From a virus (Duplodnaviria; Caudoviricetes), in IMG/VR virus record IMGVR_UViG_3300038313_000217, positions 1-29,518 of that record: a stretch of 29,518 nt of DNA; one strand, 5' to 3'. Each line of letters opens with the position of its first letter. The stretch's first letter is position 1. Shown in pieces: positions 9,875-18,809 of the stretch. The position numbers were made by a program, and so were the translations under genes. Under the pieces are notes generated by a model that saw only the letters and a list, made by a program, of their open reading frames with translations, ran no database searches and had not been told where the DNA came from.

Positions 9875-10259
9875 ATCTGACTATAGTTTTCTTTAATTTT
9901 TCGTTTTCTTGTGATATTTTTTTCAAAGCTTCAGCTTTACTACGAAGTCCATTGACCTCAATCGTTAATATTTGGATTTCACTGAGTTGCTTTTTGTTTT
10001 TATCAATCAAACCCTCAATTTGTCGTTGATAGTCAAGTACTTGATTTGTTAAGTCTTTAACTTTGGCTAATGATTCGTAGTTATGTTTTAATAATGTCTC
10101 TATGTTCTCCCTGAGCGATGCAATGATTTTGTTATAAGTTGAATTGGCAGCATCGATTTCTTCGATGCGTTGTTTTCTCCGACCAAAAAACCAACCGGAA
10201 AATGAACCTACAATAGTACCAATAACAGGACCAACTACATACCAAATCCATTCACCCAT
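9837..10259 (-). CDS. Membrane protein (N-terminal TM plus coiled coil); candidate holin or lysis accessory
   Basis: N-terminal TM WYVVGPVIGTIVGSFSGWFFG followed by RRK and a long heptad repeat; adjacent to the putative endolysin. Confidence 0.55.
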   Translation of the reverse strand: MGEWIWYVVGPVIGTIVGSFSGWFFGRRKQRIEEIDAANSTYNKIIASLRENIETLLKHNYESLAKVKDLTNQVLDYQRQIEGLIDKNKKQLSEIQILTIEVNGLRSKAEALKKISQENEKLKKTIVRYENLLNANNISY

Positions 10260-10261
10260 GA

Positions 10262-10675
10262 TTACATCCTCCTGATTTTTGATTGCATATTAAACCCGGC
10301 AATAACATCCGGCATACTGGCGGGTATGCCGTTCTCACTAAAGCACATAGCAGCCACTATCTTAATATAATCTTGTCCTGAGTGGTAAGATAGGCGTTTG
10401 TATCTGTTTACACCACTACGCATCTCTACCGAGCTGATGTATTGCTGTGTGTTATTTTCAGATGGAGGAGCCCACCTTGATATGATTCCATCAATTGTAT
10501 TGATCCCCTTATCAAGGTAGGTGCCTAAAACAACAAATGCAGCCCGGTAACCGTATGCCATTGCAGTAAACTGCTTGAATGCTTTATCCGAGCTTACAAG
10601 AACCTCACCTAGAAATCGATCACTCGACTTCCGGAGATTCAATGGGTTGTTGTTTCTTATTCCTCTTGAACTCAT
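10262..10675 (-). CDS. Putative endolysin (RGIRNNNP.N family, often annotated structural protein P5 / virion protein)
   Basis: RGIRNNNPLNLR, IISRWAPPSENNT..YI and AM...ENG motifs; first gene of the lysis cluster. Confidence 0.65.
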   Translation of the reverse strand: MSSRGIRNNNPLNLRKSSDRFLGEVLVSSDKAFKQFTAMAYGYRAAFVVLGTYLDKGINTIDGIISRWAPPSENNTQQYISSVEMRSGVNRYKRLSYHSGQDYIKIVAAMCFSENGIPASMPDVIAGFNMQSKIRRM

Positions 10676-10694
10676 GGCACTTATTGTTTAATGG

Positions 10695-11993
10695 TTACTC
10701 AGCTGCGACTTGGTTAACGGTAACTTCTAATGTAACGGTTGGATATTCCACAAGAGATAACAAGTAAGATCCTGAACGAGCTACTCCGGTATTGGGCGCA
10801 ACTACAATTCTAGCTTTACCTGAAACGGTTGAAACCGTCAACCAAGATGTTTCAGTTGAAATAGCCCATGCAGAAGGTGCAGATACAGTTCTATTATATG
10901 TTGCTCCGGCTGCTGGCACTGCATCAATTAATTCCGCAGATAAAATTGATGGCGCAGCATCAAGAAATGCAGATACTATTGCACCGGTACCTTCTCCCTT
11001 GAGTGGTAAACAAATTGAATAGTGTCTGAAGTTACATAAATTGCGTTGATTTTGAGTGTCTTGAGATGCAGGAGACAAATATGGTTTGGTTGAACCATCC
11101 GCTCTCATTGCTCTCTTATCATAAAATGACACGGATGCCTGTAAATTATTTGCTGTAAGGTCTTCACCATATGCAACCTTTCCAAGAGTGGTAACATTGT
11201 AATAAGGTGTTTCAACGAACTCATAAACATCAAATCCATACATGTTCAAAATTTTACCGCTATCATATTTGTAGTATTGATCTGCAAACTTCTGATCGTT
11301 ATTTAATAAGTCATTAACGTGATCCGGACACAATACTAACACACGACCTTTCAAAGGAACCTTAGCTTTGTCGTATGCTTTCTTCAATTTTATAATATCA
11401 ACTCTTACAAGTGTTTTTCTACCATCCACAACTGGTCCGGATGTGGTTAAAACAGGTGTACCGGTCGTATTCTCATTAGGTGCCAACCCATGAATAGCCT
11501 TTTTATACTTAGAATCTGAAATAGCCCCTTCATGGCGTTCTATAACACTTCCAATCTTATCATAAGAAGCACCGTGTAATTCGTCATCTGTAATTTCTGT
11601 TGCTTTTGTCTGGAATTTGTCCAATCCAATAGGTTTATCTGCATCTTCTAGTTTTTCTACTCCTAGCGGATACGTAGTATTATTAACCAATACAGTTGGA
11701 TCTCCCCCCAAAACGGTAAAGTGTATCACATCGTTCTCTACATATTTATCATAAGCTTTGATACGAGAATACCACCCAACGCTCTCATCGGAGTTTCTAA
11801 ATTTCTTAACCATCTCACCGGTCCATACTTCTGTGAAAATCCCTGCCATTAATGAACCGGCAGGTGTAACTTGCGTAAACAACAAGCCACATAAGGTAAC
11901 AACTGCACCACCAACAAAAGCCGGAGCTCCAATGATAGTGGCTAACATTACACCCATCATAAAATTAAACAAAATCGCTACTAATCTTTTCAT
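10695..11993 (-). CDS. Major capsid protein with N-terminal hydrophobic segments and C-terminal BACON/Ig-like domain
   Basis: Follows the protease/scaffold gene; core motifs TEVWTGE, LDKFQT, KVP..GRVLVLCPDH..DLL and G.I...YGFDVYE. Start placed at ATG 11993 (MKRLVAIL) after an A-rich tract rather than at 12059. Confidence 0.85.
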   Translation of the reverse strand: MKRLVAILFNFMMGVMLATIIGAPAFVGGAVVTLCGLLFTQVTPAGSLMAGIFTEVWTGEMVKKFRNSDESVGWYSRIKAYDKYVENDVIHFTVLGGDPTVLVNNTTYPLGVEKLEDADKPIGLDKFQTKATEITDDELHGASYDKIGSVIERHEGAISDSKYKKAIHGLAPNENTTGTPVLTTSGPVVDGRKTLVRVDIIKLKKAYDKAKVPLKGRVLVLCPDHVNDLLNNDQKFADQYYKYDSGKILNMYGFDVYEFVETPYYNVTTLGKVAYGEDLTANNLQASVSFYDKRAMRADGSTKPYLSPASQDTQNQRNLCNFRHYSICLPLKGEGTGAIVSAFLDAAPSILSAELIDAVPAAGATYNRTVSAPSAWAISTETSWLTVSTVSGKARIVVAPNTGVARSGSYLLSLVEYPTVTLEVTVNQVAAE

Positions 11994-12055
11994 CTCTTCT
12001 CTTTTTTTTATTATTATTAAAATTTTTAATCGTGAGACCACTACATCGATTAACC

Positions 12056-13066
12056 TCACTTACTCTGTTTCAGTTCAATACCATATTCGAGTTTGTACAA
12101 TCTCTTGTACTCATCAAAATTGTTTGCCTTGAGTTCTTTTACTTCCTCATCACTCAACTCGCTGAACTTTTTCTCAACCGGATTGCCACTCTTTCCATTG
12201 ATCATGTCAGTAGGTCTTTGAGGACCACCGATAGCCGATAAAATTTTGGTTAACTTTTCAGCTCCAATTTGTTCTCCAAGCTCAATATATTCGGCTTTTT
12301 GAGATGCTGTCAATTTTTCTTCAGCTATTGCCCCATCAACCAATCGAGTGATCTCAGCCTTACCAACAGAGGCAAGCTGTTTTTCAAGCTCTCCTTTTGA
12401 AGCTTTTATCTGAGTGTTCTCGTTTACAATCTCTTTTACTTTTGTCAGAATTTGACCTTGATCTGCTCCGGAATCTAAACCGAGAGCCAATGCGACTTCT
12501 TTCATACTTTTCTCATTTTGATTATTTATTAATTGTAAAGGTAGCTCATCACTATCCTCGTTTAATCCTACAGTTTTACCGCCTGAAAATCTTAGCTTTA
12601 CTGCATTTCTATTGGCAGGAATATCAACCAAAGAAACCTCCTCGAGTTCACACTTAGTAACAGTAGCAAATTGCTGTCCGGGCAATATGTATTTGGGATC
12701 AATCGATTCTTCAACAACAAGAATGCCCATTGAACATGCCGACAAAATTCCCTTTTGAGCTTTTTTACCTAACTTAACAGCGTATGGATCATCCATGTCA
12801 AACTCAAGATCCCCAAATAGCTTGTCACCCTCTTTTCTCACATTGATCCACTTCCCAATAGGGAGCCTTTCATATTCTACACTGTCCCATTTGTTAGCAC
12901 GTTTATGAATCCAAAATGCTATAGGGTTTTTTAGAAAGTAATCTAATATAATCCCGGAGGTTAAAATTCTATAGCCTTTCCTATTTACAGTTTCATCTGA
13001 AATAAGAAATGACACTATGATCTGCTCTTCCACTTTCTCTTTTTTGTCATCGTTTACATCTGCCAT
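12056..13066 (-). CDS. Prohead maturation protease (HK97-type) fused to scaffold domain
   Basis: SDETVNRKGY, catalytic-type H (FWIH), PIGKW, CSMG and EVSLVDIPAN motifs; coiled-coil C-terminal half. Confidence 0.88.
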   Translation of the reverse strand: MADVNDDKKEKVEEQIIVSFLISDETVNRKGYRILTSGIILDYFLKNPIAFWIHKRANKWDSVEYERLPIGKWINVRKEGDKLFGDLEFDMDDPYAVKLGKKAQKGILSACSMGILVVEESIDPKYILPGQQFATVTKCELEEVSLVDIPANRNAVKLRFSGGKTVGLNEDSDELPLQLINNQNEKSMKEVALALGLDSGADQGQILTKVKEIVNENTQIKASKGELEKQLASVGKAEITRLVDGAIAEEKLTASQKAEYIELGEQIGAEKLTKILSAIGGPQRPTDMINGKSGNPVEKKFSELSDEEVKELKANNFDEYKRLYKLEYGIELKQSK

Positions 13067-13106
13067 AACTCACTCGTTTTTTATCCTCTTTTTTTGTTTT
13101 GATGAG

Positions 13107-13114
13107 CAAAGATA
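13107..13114 (-). promoter_or_regulatory. Bacteroidota-type -7 promoter element for the head/lysis/tail operon
   Basis: TATCTTTG on the - strand matches TAnnTTTG, about 40 bp upstream of the protease ATG. Confidence 0.6.
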
Positions 13115-13208
13115 ACAACCCCGCGTGTATAATTTATAATATTATAACACTACATAAATCATTGTATCAATCATTTAAACAACTTTATAAAAAGTATTTA
13201 TCAAAACA

Positions 13209-13216
13209 TACCTTTG
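13209..13216 (+). promoter_or_regulatory. Bacteroidota-type -7 promoter element for the terminase/portal operon
   Basis: TACCTTTG matches TAnnTTTG, 20 bp upstream of ATG 13237. Confidence 0.6.
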
Positions 13217-13236
13217 CATATTATTTGTGAGAAAAA

Positions 13237-13692
13237 ATGGGCAAACAGACAAAAGAGAGGGAGAGAGAACTTGCACGATTCTATTTCATGCAAGGCATGG
13301 AACAAAAAGAGATAGCTGAAAGGGTTGGTGTGTCACCGGTCACAGTTAATAGATGGGCAAAAAACGATAATTGGGCTTTAAAAAGAGCTGCAACAACTAT
13401 CAGCAGGAAAGAGATCGTTGTTAAAATGCTCATGGATCTCAACGAAAAACTTGACAACAAAGAGATCAATCCGGATGAAATGGCTAAGGTTACTGCTTCA
13501 ATCGAAAGGATTGATAAGCAAACCAACGTGGTAACTGTTATCGATGTATTTACTTCGTATAATCGATGGCTGATATCAAGAATGAATCTCGATCAGGATC
13601 TAACACCGGAACTGTTACAAGTTATGAATAAGTACCAAGACTTATTCATTAATGAAAAATTAAACACTACAAATTTAGACAACTTAATATAG
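13237..13692 (+). CDS. Terminase small subunit (N-terminal HTH)
   Basis: QKEIAERVGVSPVTVNRWAK..NW helix-turn-helix; directly upstream of the large terminase. Confidence 0.8.
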   Translation: MGKQTKERERELARFYFMQGMEQKEIAERVGVSPVTVNRWAKNDNWALKRAATTISRKEIVVKMLMDLNEKLDNKEINPDEMAKVTASIERIDKQTNVVTVIDVFTSYNRWLISRMNLDQDLTPELLQVMNKYQDLFINEKLNTTNLDNLI

Positions 13693-13696
13693 TGAT

Positions 13697-15235
13697 ATGA
13701 ATAAAGGTCCGGGTTTAAAAGAAGCATTAGAGAGATGGAAAATACTTGTTGACAAGATCCAAAACATGACCACTGTCGATGTTACGGAGACTCCTAAGCA
13801 ACGCCAGGATCGTATTAAAAGACTACAGGGCAACTTTCAAGAATTTGTCAACTATTACTTTCCTCACTACACAATAGATCCTAAAACCGATAAAATTATA
13901 CCACTGGCAAAGTTTCATATTGATTCTGCGAAAAGAGTTCTCAAAAACCCAACTATTAAAGAGGTTAACATATGGGCGCGTGGACACGCTAAATCAGTAA
14001 CTAATGCGATTTTTAAACCACTATGGTTGAAGTGTCAAAACAAACGACAGATCAATACCATGCTTTTAATCTCCAAGTCAGAGGATTCTGCAAAGCAATT
14101 GCTCGGAGATTTACAAGCTGAACTAAGATATAACCAACGCTATATTGCTGACTTTGGTAAACAATATAACAGTGGTAACTGGATGGATGGGAATTTCACC
14201 ACAACGGATGGATGTTTCTTCTTAGCACTCGGTCGTGGACAATCACCCAGAGGGATAAGAAAAGGAGCGCGCAGACCGGATTACATCTTAATAGACGATA
14301 TTGACGATGACGAAATGGTAAGGAACCCAAAGAGGGTAAATCAAACCGTTGACTGGATTAAAGAGGCGGTATTTGGAACATTCGGAGCTGACGGTGGTAG
14401 ATTTATAATGGTGGGGAACCTTATCGCAAAAAACAGCGTTTTAGCTCAGATTTCAGAGATAGAATCAGTTTATAAATCACAAGTTAACGCCTACGACTCA
14501 AAAGGGAACCCTTCATGGGCAGAATATTGGACAAAGGAACGCCTCCAAGAGAGAGAGGACTTTATGGGTTATCGTTCTTTTCAAAAAGAATATATGAACA
14601 ACCCAATAACTGAAGGTGCTATATTCAAAAATGATTGGATTAAATATAAAAAACTACCTCCATTACAAAAATATGACCGGTTAATTGCCTATTGCGACCC
14701 CTCATTCAAATCAAGCACAAACAACGACTACAAAGCAATAAAATTCTGGGGAACAATAGATACAGAACTTCACTGTATTGACGCTTTTTGCAGGCAAACA
14801 ACCATAACAGAGATGGTGCGGTGGTTTTATGATCTACATGAATCTTTACCAAAAGATGTAATTTGCTATTACTACATGGAGGCAAATTTTCTACAAGACT
14901 TAATTTTAGATGAATTTACTGCTGAAGGGAAATTGAGAGGGTATCAACTCCCAATTATCGGTGACAAAAGAAAAAAACCGGATAAACATCAAAGAATTGA
15001 AGCAATCAGCCCATTGTGGGAGCGTGGGTTTGTCTTTTACAACATCGACAAAGAAAATGATCCGGATATGAAAGTGGCAATCGAGCAAACCCTCCTGTTT
15101 GAGAAAGGATCCTCAACGCATGATGACTCTCCGGATGCTGACGAGGGTGCTATATTTCTACTTCAACAACAAAAACGTGTCGAATCTTTCCCGCTTAGAT
15201 TTGGATATCGTCCAAAACCAAGCTCATCATGGTAA
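13697..15235 (+). CDS. terL: Terminase large subunit
   Basis: Walker A variant WARGHAKS, RG.R...RPDYILIDDID, FQKEYMNNP, nuclease motifs YCDPS and HDDSPDA. Confidence 0.93.
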   Translation: MNKGPGLKEALERWKILVDKIQNMTTVDVTETPKQRQDRIKRLQGNFQEFVNYYFPHYTIDPKTDKIIPLAKFHIDSAKRVLKNPTIKEVNIWARGHAKSVTNAIFKPLWLKCQNKRQINTMLLISKSEDSAKQLLGDLQAELRYNQRYIADFGKQYNSGNWMDGNFTTTDGCFFLALGRGQSPRGIRKGARRPDYILIDDIDDDEMVRNPKRVNQTVDWIKEAVFGTFGADGGRFIMVGNLIAKNSVLAQISEIESVYKSQVNAYDSKGNPSWAEYWTKERLQEREDFMGYRSFQKEYMNNPITEGAIFKNDWIKYKKLPPLQKYDRLIAYCDPSFKSSTNNDYKAIKFWGTIDTELHCIDAFCRQTTITEMVRWFYDLHESLPKDVICYYYMEANFLQDLILDEFTAEGKLRGYQLPIIGDKRKKPDKHQRIEAISPLWERGFVFYNIDKENDPDMKVAIEQTLLFEKGSSTHDDSPDADEGAIFLLQQQKRVESFPLRFGYRPKPSSSW

Positions 15236-15257
15236 TAATAATCAAATTTAAAACAGT

Positions 15258-15503
15258 ATGAAAAGGTTTTTAAAAAACATTGTAAAGCCAATTAAACTCT
15301 ATTTTTTTGAACGCGCTCTAAAAAAGCAAATTAAAAAGGCAAATAAGCTGAGTTTTAAATACAATAAACGCGCTCTTGTCGTTGTATATAATGGGCATCC
15401 AAGAGCTAAAACAAAATCAGAATTTAAAAATTTGATACACAGTGGAGTATTAAAAACAGATATACAAACAATAGAAAGAATAGCTTTATATAAAACTTAT
15501 TAA
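15258..15503 (+). CDS. Small basic hypothetical protein
   Basis: 81-aa ORF filling the gap in the operon, with an A-rich start region. Confidence 0.65.
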   Translation: MKRFLKNIVKPIKLYFFERALKKQIKKANKLSFKYNKRALVVVYNGHPRAKTKSEFKNLIHSGVLKTDIQTIERIALYKTY

Positions 15504-15505
15504 TT

Positions 15506-15922
15506 ATGTTTTTAGAAAAATCTGATCTCAAGACTAAACTTGCAGAATATCAAATTGAAGCGATCACAGAGGGTGACGACTCAATAGTAAACAATGCTAT
15601 AATGGCAGGGATCGAAGAGGTGCGCTCATACCTTTTAGGCAGGTATGATGTAGAGCAAATCTTTTCTCAAACGGGTGATAACAGAAATAAACTCCTTTTG
15701 GAATACACCAAAGATTGTGCAATTTGGCATCTTATATCATCTTCTCATAGCGATATAATTTATGAAAATGTACTGACACGATATGATCGTGCTATACAAT
15801 TCTTGTCTAAAACACAAGCCGGAAAGGTTACAATAGATCTCCCGGCAGCTATGAATGATAAAGGTAATGAAATAACAACAATTCGTGGAGGATCAATGCC
15901 TCCACAAAATTATAACTGGTAA
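15506..15922 (+). CDS. Mu gp36-like head-tail adaptor (DUF1320-like)
   Basis: EEVRSYL.GRYD and RYDRAIQFL....GK....LP motifs; 138 aa, next to the portal. Confidence 0.8.
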   Translation: MFLEKSDLKTKLAEYQIEAITEGDDSIVNNAIMAGIEEVRSYLLGRYDVEQIFSQTGDNRNKLLLEYTKDCAIWHLISSSHSDIIYENVLTRYDRAIQFLSKTQAGKVTIDLPAAMNDKGNEITTIRGGSMPPQNYNW

Positions 15923-15924
15923 TT

Positions 15925-18315
15925 ATGGCTGAAGAAAATTACACAAAGCTACTGTTGGAGCTTAATATCAAAACAGACAATTTAACACGTAAGGACATTA
16001 GAACCTGGCGTAATGCACACCAACTTGCAATAACTGTAGACAATCCATATAGAGCGCCGCTATATGATGTCTATTCAGATGCTCTCATAGACCTACATCT
16101 ATCCGGAGCAATTGAACAACGAACCGGAGTAACATTGAGAAAGAGCTTTAAAATCGTTGACTCAAAAAAAGTTGAGAATGAAAAATTAAAAGAACTGTTT
16201 GAAACTGAATGGTTCAATGATTTTTGCACCCTTGTACTAGACTCCCGATTTTGGGGTCACAGCCTAATACAGTTCAATTCAATCACAAACAACAACGACA
16301 AAATGGAATACAGCTCCATTGAGTTGGTTCCTCGTAAACACGTTATTCCGGAATATGGTGTCATTGTTAGAGACGTTGGGGATGAGTGGAAAAAAGGGAG
16401 ATCTTATCTTGATAGTAAGCTCTCAAAATGGGTTATCCCTGTTGGCAAGCCCAAAGACTTGGGATTATTGTTAAAATGCTGCCCGCAAACCATCTCTAAA
16501 AAAAATATGCTTGCATACTGGGATGCTTTTGGGGAAATATTTGGGATGCCTGTTAGAATTGGAAGATCTAACACTAGAAATGAAAGCGACTTGAAAGTCA
16601 TGGAGAGTAACCTTGAAAAATTAGGCGCTGCCGGTTGGGCAATGCTACCTGAAGGATCTTCTATAGAGTTTATAGAAACAAACAGAGGTGATGCCTTTGA
16701 GGTTTACGACAAAAGAGTTGACCGATGCAATTCAGAAATATCAAAAGGGATCCTGACTCAAACCATGACTATGGACGATGGATCCTCCAGATCGCAATCT
16801 GAAACCCACCTGGATGTTTTTAAAAACGTTGTAGACAAAGACGCTGAGTTCTTAAAAAACATCGTTAATTGGAAGTTGATTCCTCTAATGATCTCACATG
16901 GGTTCCCACTACAAGGCTACAGATTTGAATATGACGAATCTATCGACTGGACTCCGGAACAACAGATTAGAATTGAAGAGCTGTTGTTAGGATATTATGA
17001 AATTGAACATTCTTATTTTGCCGAGAAATACAATATTAACATCATCGGACCTAAAAAGAATCCGGAGACAGAGGAACAATTGGCTGCACCTTTTTTTCAA
17101 AATAGGGTGGTAGCAAATCCACCCGATTTGAAATTGTTCCACACAGCAATGAATCAACTCTATGAGCTATCAACTATTGAATATGATGGTAATGGTAAAT
17201 CAATATTTGATAGTGAAACTATTGATAATTTGGCAAAATGGTTGCACGAAATCAAAGAGGTAAAACCTGACATTATGACAGATCCAAATGCAGCCAATAT
17301 AGTAAATACTACTGCTGATAGGTTAATCAAACCTCTACAGGATTTAAACATATCGCAAGAGATCCATCCGGAGTTAACAATCGGGCTTTTAAATAACACC
17401 TTCCATTTTAGCGGTTTTAAGGGCTACAACCTACTCAAAGCAGCCTCACTATTACTAATCGATAAAAATGGCGGATTTAAGCCATTTGAACAATTTAAGC
17501 AAGAGATCCTTAAGATAGATAGCACGTATAATATCAACTATCTAAATGCGGAGTACAATATGGCTATCGCTGCCGTGCAAATGGCAAACAAATGGAAAGA
17601 ATTTCAAGCCGATGGTGACAGATACAATTTACAATATCGTACTGCCTTTGATGAAAAGGTGAGAGAAACACACAGACCTCTACACCATATAACGCTGCCA
17701 ATTAATGATCCATTCTGGCAGTACTACTTCCCTCCAAATGGATGGGGTTGTCGCTGTAATGTAGTACAAGTCAGAAAGAAAAAATATCCGGTATCAGATC
17801 CACAGCTCGCAATGGCACTCGGAGATGAAGCTACAAATACTCCTAAGCTGAAACTATTCAGATTCAATCCCGGAATAAATGAAAAAATATTCCCGGACAA
17901 CCATCCATACTTCCAAGCTGATAAAGAACTCGCTCCCATTGTCGAACAATTGGCTGAAAAATGGTCATACAACAAAGTAATAGACCACTACACCAATATG
18001 GGAGATCAATCGTGGGACTTTGATAGAACCCTTAAAAACGTGAAGGTAGCCCTCGATACTATAAAAGAGATATTGAAGGGAACCCACAGCAATCCAACCG
18101 TGAGAAACCTAATCACATGGAATCTAAAAGCTATCCTTAAAAATGCACAGCTTGTAAAAACCATCAAAGTTAAAAACGACAACTTTGAGAAGCTTTTAAT
18201 CTATCAAACCACAGTGATGGATAACAAACACTACATTGCTATCGGTGTAAAAAAAGACGGAACAAAAACCCCACAGGGTATCTATGATGAGGAGGGATTT
18301 AAAAACCTACAATGA
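15925..18315 (+). CDS. Portal protein (DUF935 / Mu gp29-like) fused in frame to MuF-like minor head protein with C-terminal extension
   Basis: aa 1-~390 are portal-like (DLHL, EIFGMPVRIG, NSEISK.IL.QTMT, GSSRSQSETH); later residues are MuF-like (YLNAEYN, QYRTA.DEKVRETH, PPNGWGCRC). Confidence 0.88.
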   Translation: MAEENYTKLLLELNIKTDNLTRKDIRTWRNAHQLAITVDNPYRAPLYDVYSDALIDLHLSGAIEQRTGVTLRKSFKIVDSKKVENEKLKELFETEWFNDFCTLVLDSRFWGHSLIQFNSITNNNDKMEYSSIELVPRKHVIPEYGVIVRDVGDEWKKGRSYLDSKLSKWVIPVGKPKDLGLLLKCCPQTISKKNMLAYWDAFGEIFGMPVRIGRSNTRNESDLKVMESNLEKLGAAGWAMLPEGSSIEFIETNRGDAFEVYDKRVDRCNSEISKGILTQTMTMDDGSSRSQSETHLDVFKNVVDKDAEFLKNIVNWKLIPLMISHGFPLQGYRFEYDESIDWTPEQQIRIEELLLGYYEIEHSYFAEKYNINIIGPKKNPETEEQLAAPFFQNRVVANPPDLKLFHTAMNQLYELSTIEYDGNGKSIFDSETIDNLAKWLHEIKEVKPDIMTDPNAANIVNTTADRLIKPLQDLNISQEIHPELTIGLLNNTFHFSGFKGYNLLKAASLLLIDKNGGFKPFEQFKQEILKIDSTYNINYLNAEYNMAIAAVQMANKWKEFQADGDRYNLQYRTAFDEKVRETHRPLHHITLPINDPFWQYYFPPNGWGCRCNVVQVRKKKYPVSDPQLAMALGDEATNTPKLKLFRFNPGINEKIFPDNHPYFQADKELAPIVEQLAEKWSYNKVIDHYTNMGDQSWDFDRTLKNVKVALDTIKEILKGTHSNPTVRNLITWNLKAILKNAQLVKTIKVKNDNFEKLLIYQTTVMDNKHYIAIGVKKDGTKTPQGIYDEEGFKNLQ

Positions 18316-18809
18316 AAGAGATAATTAAAAATATTATCAGAGACGTGGAGATTGAACTCCTTGATGAGTTCAATAAGAATTTTGAGCGTGGTGGTTTTTT
18401 TACTCAAAAATGGGCGCCAAAAAGAACCGGTGAACCGTCAAATTTAACTCGTACAGGTAGGTTAAGCCGCTCGATCAGGACGATGACCACTGAAAATTCA
18501 ATCAATTTCACATCCTCTGAACCTTATGCAGCCATTCATAACTATGGAGGTACAATCCGGGTTACAAAGAAAATGAATCGTTTTTTCTGGGCGCAATACT
18601 ACCTACATGGTGGCGGTAAAAACAAAAACACTCCGAGAATGGCGCAATATTACAAAAATTTGGCGCTAAAAAAAGAGGGATCGACCATAACCATACCTCA
18701 ACGTCAATTTATTGGATGGTCTCCGGAAGTTAAAAAATGTGTGGAGGATATAATAAAAAACAATGTCCGGGAGGGCATTATCATAAAATTTAAACATTTA
18801 TCAAAATGA
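18312..18809 (+). CDS. Virion morphogenesis protein (Mu gpG-like tail completion/neck protein)
   Basis: L..TGRL..SI, PYAAIHNYGG and IPQRQFIG motifs. Confidence 0.85.
   Translation: MKEIIKNIIRDVEIELLDEFNKNFERGGFFTQKWAPKRTGEPSNLTRTGRLSRSIRTMTTENSINFTSSEPYAAIHNYGGTIRVTKKMNRFFWAQYYLHGGGKNKNTPRMAQYYKNLALKKEGSTITIPQRQFIGWSPEVKKCVEDIIKNNVREGIIIKFKHLSK

Noticed and set aside
11994-12059. Extended capsid N-terminus (MRLIDVVVSRLKILIIIKKREE) from the ORF track
   Set aside because: The segment looks like an A/T-rich intergenic initiation region; ATG 11993 is the more plausible start.
413-12657. Plus-strand ORFs opposite the tail and head genes (e.g. 413-706, 8494-8841, 8948-9265, 11758-12132)
   Set aside because: Antisense shadows of well-supported genes, mostly with non-ATG starts and no motifs.
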